36,577 nt of DNA from a virus (taxonomy: Duplodnaviria; Caudoviricetes), in the IMG/VR virus record IMGVR_UViG_3300032237_000427, positions 1 through 36,577 of that record. One strand, 5' to 3'. The notes under the pieces were generated by a model. That model searched no databases. It saw nothing but the letters and a program-made list of their open reading frames with translations, and was not told the origin of the DNA. Of this stretch, positions 34,672 through 36,577 are shown piece after piece (position 1 is the first letter of the stretch; each line of letters starts with the position of its first letter). Made by a program: the position numbers and the translations under genes.

Positions 34672-34814
34672 CTGACCGTCGCCTGCCCAAGTTCCTTACG
34701 AAGCGCCTCCACAACCACCGGACGACCCTCCACCGTTTTCTGAATCCACCAACCACCAGGCAAAAGTGATTTACCAACCACAACCCAATCTTCATCACAA
34801 TAAGTCACCGTCAT
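34668..34814 (-). CDS. 48-aa hypothetical protein (absent from ORF track)
   Basis: Fills the gap; GTGA coupling to the HNH gene; weak RBS. Confidence 0.4.
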   Translation of the reverse strand: MTVTYCDEDWVVVGKSLLPGGWWIQKTVEGRPVVVEALRKELGQATVR

Positions 34815-35721
34815 TCCCGGTTTCACTTTGAACTCGAACATTTTCCCTCACATCAATACGCTCAAACACATCATCTAATGTGTTCACTTCAGTCCAGCGT
34901 ACCGAAATACCTTCAGGGGTAACACCTTGAACACCGCGCAAGGCTTCCTTCGCACCATGTTTGACAGAGGTTGCTTCCTTAATTTCACGATTAGCTTGCA
35001 CATATGTTCGCGCAGCAATCGCAGCCTGCTCAGACAACCATCCATCGGGAATGTCATCAGTGCGGCAAGAAAAATAGAATTGGCAAAACTTGCGGCACAT
35101 TTCCCGCGGCCAATCCTTTTGCGCCTGCTCACCATGCTGCACCGCGTAAATAATGTCCTGAATGAATGCATCCGAATAGCGAATGTTTTCCTCATCAAAC
35201 ACAAACTCGTACACCCACGGCTCCGAAATGCGTCCAGAGCGGTCAAGGTACGCCAACCGAAGCAACGGATTCGGTGCCAACACACCCTGCTGAACCAACC
35301 CCAGCGCATACAAAGTGACTTGTCGAATGTGGTTATCGTCAGCGCCAATACGCTTACGGTAGGCAAGGTCAGCCACAGTTTTGAAATCCGTTACCGAATT
35401 CTCTACCGGGTCAACCTCGTCAGCGTGACCAGTAATAGTTGCACCGCTAGGCAAAGTAATCAACACTTCAACCTCATGCAACAAATTAGGGTTCAGCGCT
35501 GTCCTTGCTTGCCGGATGCCTTCGTGAATATGCGTTCCAAAAATTGCAGCCAAGCTGCCTGGTTCACGATCCGGTTTTGTGCCCACAGTGACGCGCCTTG
35601 CTCGTTCTCGACATACGAGGTCGGATGGGCCGAGCAGTCCTTGTTCAGACTGTTGGCTACGCTCGGATTGCTTGTCGTATTGGAGTAGGTCGGCTGTGAA
35701 TAGTTGCGCCCATTCATTCAT
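34795..35721 (-). CDS. PD-(D/E)XK (Cas4/RecB-like) exonuclease
   Basis: LGPSDL.C, GTHIH, GHAD, DFKT, Q..LY and CRKFCQF...C; two genes from the recombinase. Confidence 0.88.
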   Translation of the reverse strand: MNEWAQLFTADLLQYDKQSERSQQSEQGLLGPSDLVCRERARRVTVGTKPDREPGSLAAIFGTHIHEGIRQARTALNPNLLHEVEVLITLPSGATITGHADEVDPVENSVTDFKTVADLAYRKRIGADDNHIRQVTLYALGLVQQGVLAPNPLLRLAYLDRSGRISEPWVYEFVFDEENIRYSDAFIQDIIYAVQHGEQAQKDWPREMCRKFCQFYFSCRTDDIPDGWLSEQAAIAARTYVQANREIKEATSVKHGAKEALRGVQGVTPEGISVRWTEVNTLDDVFERIDVRENVRVQSETGNDGDLL

Positions 35722-35978
35722 TTCACTCTCCAGTGTTCAGGTTTGACACAGTGTTTGTGTCCACAGGTGTTTGTGAGTCGTTTGGTTGTGTGTCCGTTGT
35801 GGTAGTGCCAAACGATGCGATGCGCTTGAAAGCGGTACGGATTGCCGTTATGACGCTCCGTGAGGTACCCAAATCCAGCGGGGCTGATTGAGCCTGTGAA
35901 AAACCAGTGTCCATCATGCGCTTTCAGATTCTTCAGAACCTGTTGGTGCAGATTCCTCAACTGGCTGTTCACTATCAT
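35718..35978 (-). CDS. HNH-homing-endonuclease-like zinc-loop protein, possibly degenerate
   Basis: W.FTG....GFG, AHRIVW...NG, TC.HK.CV.PEH. Confidence 0.65.
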   Translation of the reverse strand: MIVNSQLRNLHQQVLKNLKAHDGHWFFTGSISPAGFGYLTERHNGNPYRFQAHRIVWHYHNGHTTKRLTNTCGHKHCVKPEHWRVK

Positions 35979-36453
35979 CCTCCGGCTTGATTAGGGTGTC
36001 TCGAACAACAGCACCCGTTGACCCATCCTTATACAGCGACAAACCAAACTGGTCGCCAAGGTTCACGGCTGCCCGTTTGAATGCTTGGGATTCAGCGGTT
36101 TTGATTGCCATGTCGTGCGCATCGGCACGAGAAGGGTTGTTTTGTGAATCACCGGCTGCCGCCTCGGTGTAAATAGCAGGGCTGCAAAACACACCATCCC
36201 CATAAACGGTGAGTTTCACGGTTGCCCGATAGCACACAGACCAACGGGATTTACCGTCGCGCTGTGATTCAGTCTCAAATACGAGCTGCAAATCAGTCAA
36301 TTCGGCTGACCAGTTAGTGAACCCGAAAATGCGGGTCAAATGGGCGCGAACATCCCATGCTTCAAGATGGGAAAAACCCTTGCCATCCTTACCAATTCTG
36401 GTCGGATTGATGGGTTTGAGCAGTTGTTCTAACTGCTGTTTGTTGACCGTCAT
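35914..36453 (-). CDS. Rad52/22-family single-strand annealing protein
   Basis: L.RIFGF.NWS, A.K.AES.A.KRAA..LG.QFGLSLY. Confidence 0.9.
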   Translation of the reverse strand: MTVNKQQLEQLLKPINPTRIGKDGKGFSHLEAWDVRAHLTRIFGFTNWSAELTDLQLVFETESQRDGKSRWSVCYRATVKLTVYGDGVFCSPAIYTEAAAGDSQNNPSRADAHDMAIKTAESQAFKRAAVNLGDQFGLSLYKDGSTGAVVRDTLIKPEDDSEQPVEESAPTGSEESESA

Positions 36454-36454
36454 G

Positions 36455-36577
36455 CGGTGCCTCCTTGCTAGTTGGTAGGGTGTACGCTAGCACAAACCTA
36501 CCGGAAAGGCGGCAACATGACCCCGGAAGAAGCCCGGCGTGTCCAAGAACAAATGACAGCAGCGCACAAACACTTAC
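36455..36577. repeat. 123-bp direct terminal repeat, right copy
   Basis: Identical to 1-123. Confidence 0.95.

Noticed and set aside
34795-35721. Cas4 as part of a CRISPR system
   Set aside because: No repeat-spacer array or other cas genes; it pairs with Rad52 as a recombination exonuclease.
36455-36577. 123-bp repeat as a biological terminal repeat
   Set aside because: It ends inside the HTH gene and its length is typical of assembler overlap; it is best read as evidence of circularity.

Overview
Complete or near-complete, circularly assembled genome of a tailed dsDNA phage (about 36.45 kb; bases 1-123 are repeated at 36455-36577). The virion is podovirus-like: HTH-fused terminase large subunit, portal, three ejection-type proteins (one of 1886 aa), scaffold, N4-gp56-like capsid, tail adaptor and nozzle, and fibres. 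WhiB, an Lsr2-type domain, an actinobacterial SSB, an r1t-type holin, leaderless SigA-type promoters and an actinobacterial SOS box point to an Actinomycetota host. Nearly all genes lie on the minus strand; only an HTH gene and a fragmented C5 DNA methyltransferase locus are on plus. I saw no integrase, DNA polymerase or CRISPR array. Main observations: (1) an 80-nt tmRNA tRNA-like-domain-only RNA embedded in-frame within a secreted lytic transglycosylase gene; (2) a methyltransferase spread over three reading frames, with an overprinted beta-type ORF and an (AG)13 tract; (3) hairpins exposing anti-Shine-Dalgarno loops; (4) a terminator-bounded 2.3-kb cassette of small Cys-rich genes rich in strand-polarised GCGCTAG; (5) SOS boxes upstream of the terminase; (6) iterons inside the replication initiator gene. 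All calls come from motif recognition by eye; no database search was run.
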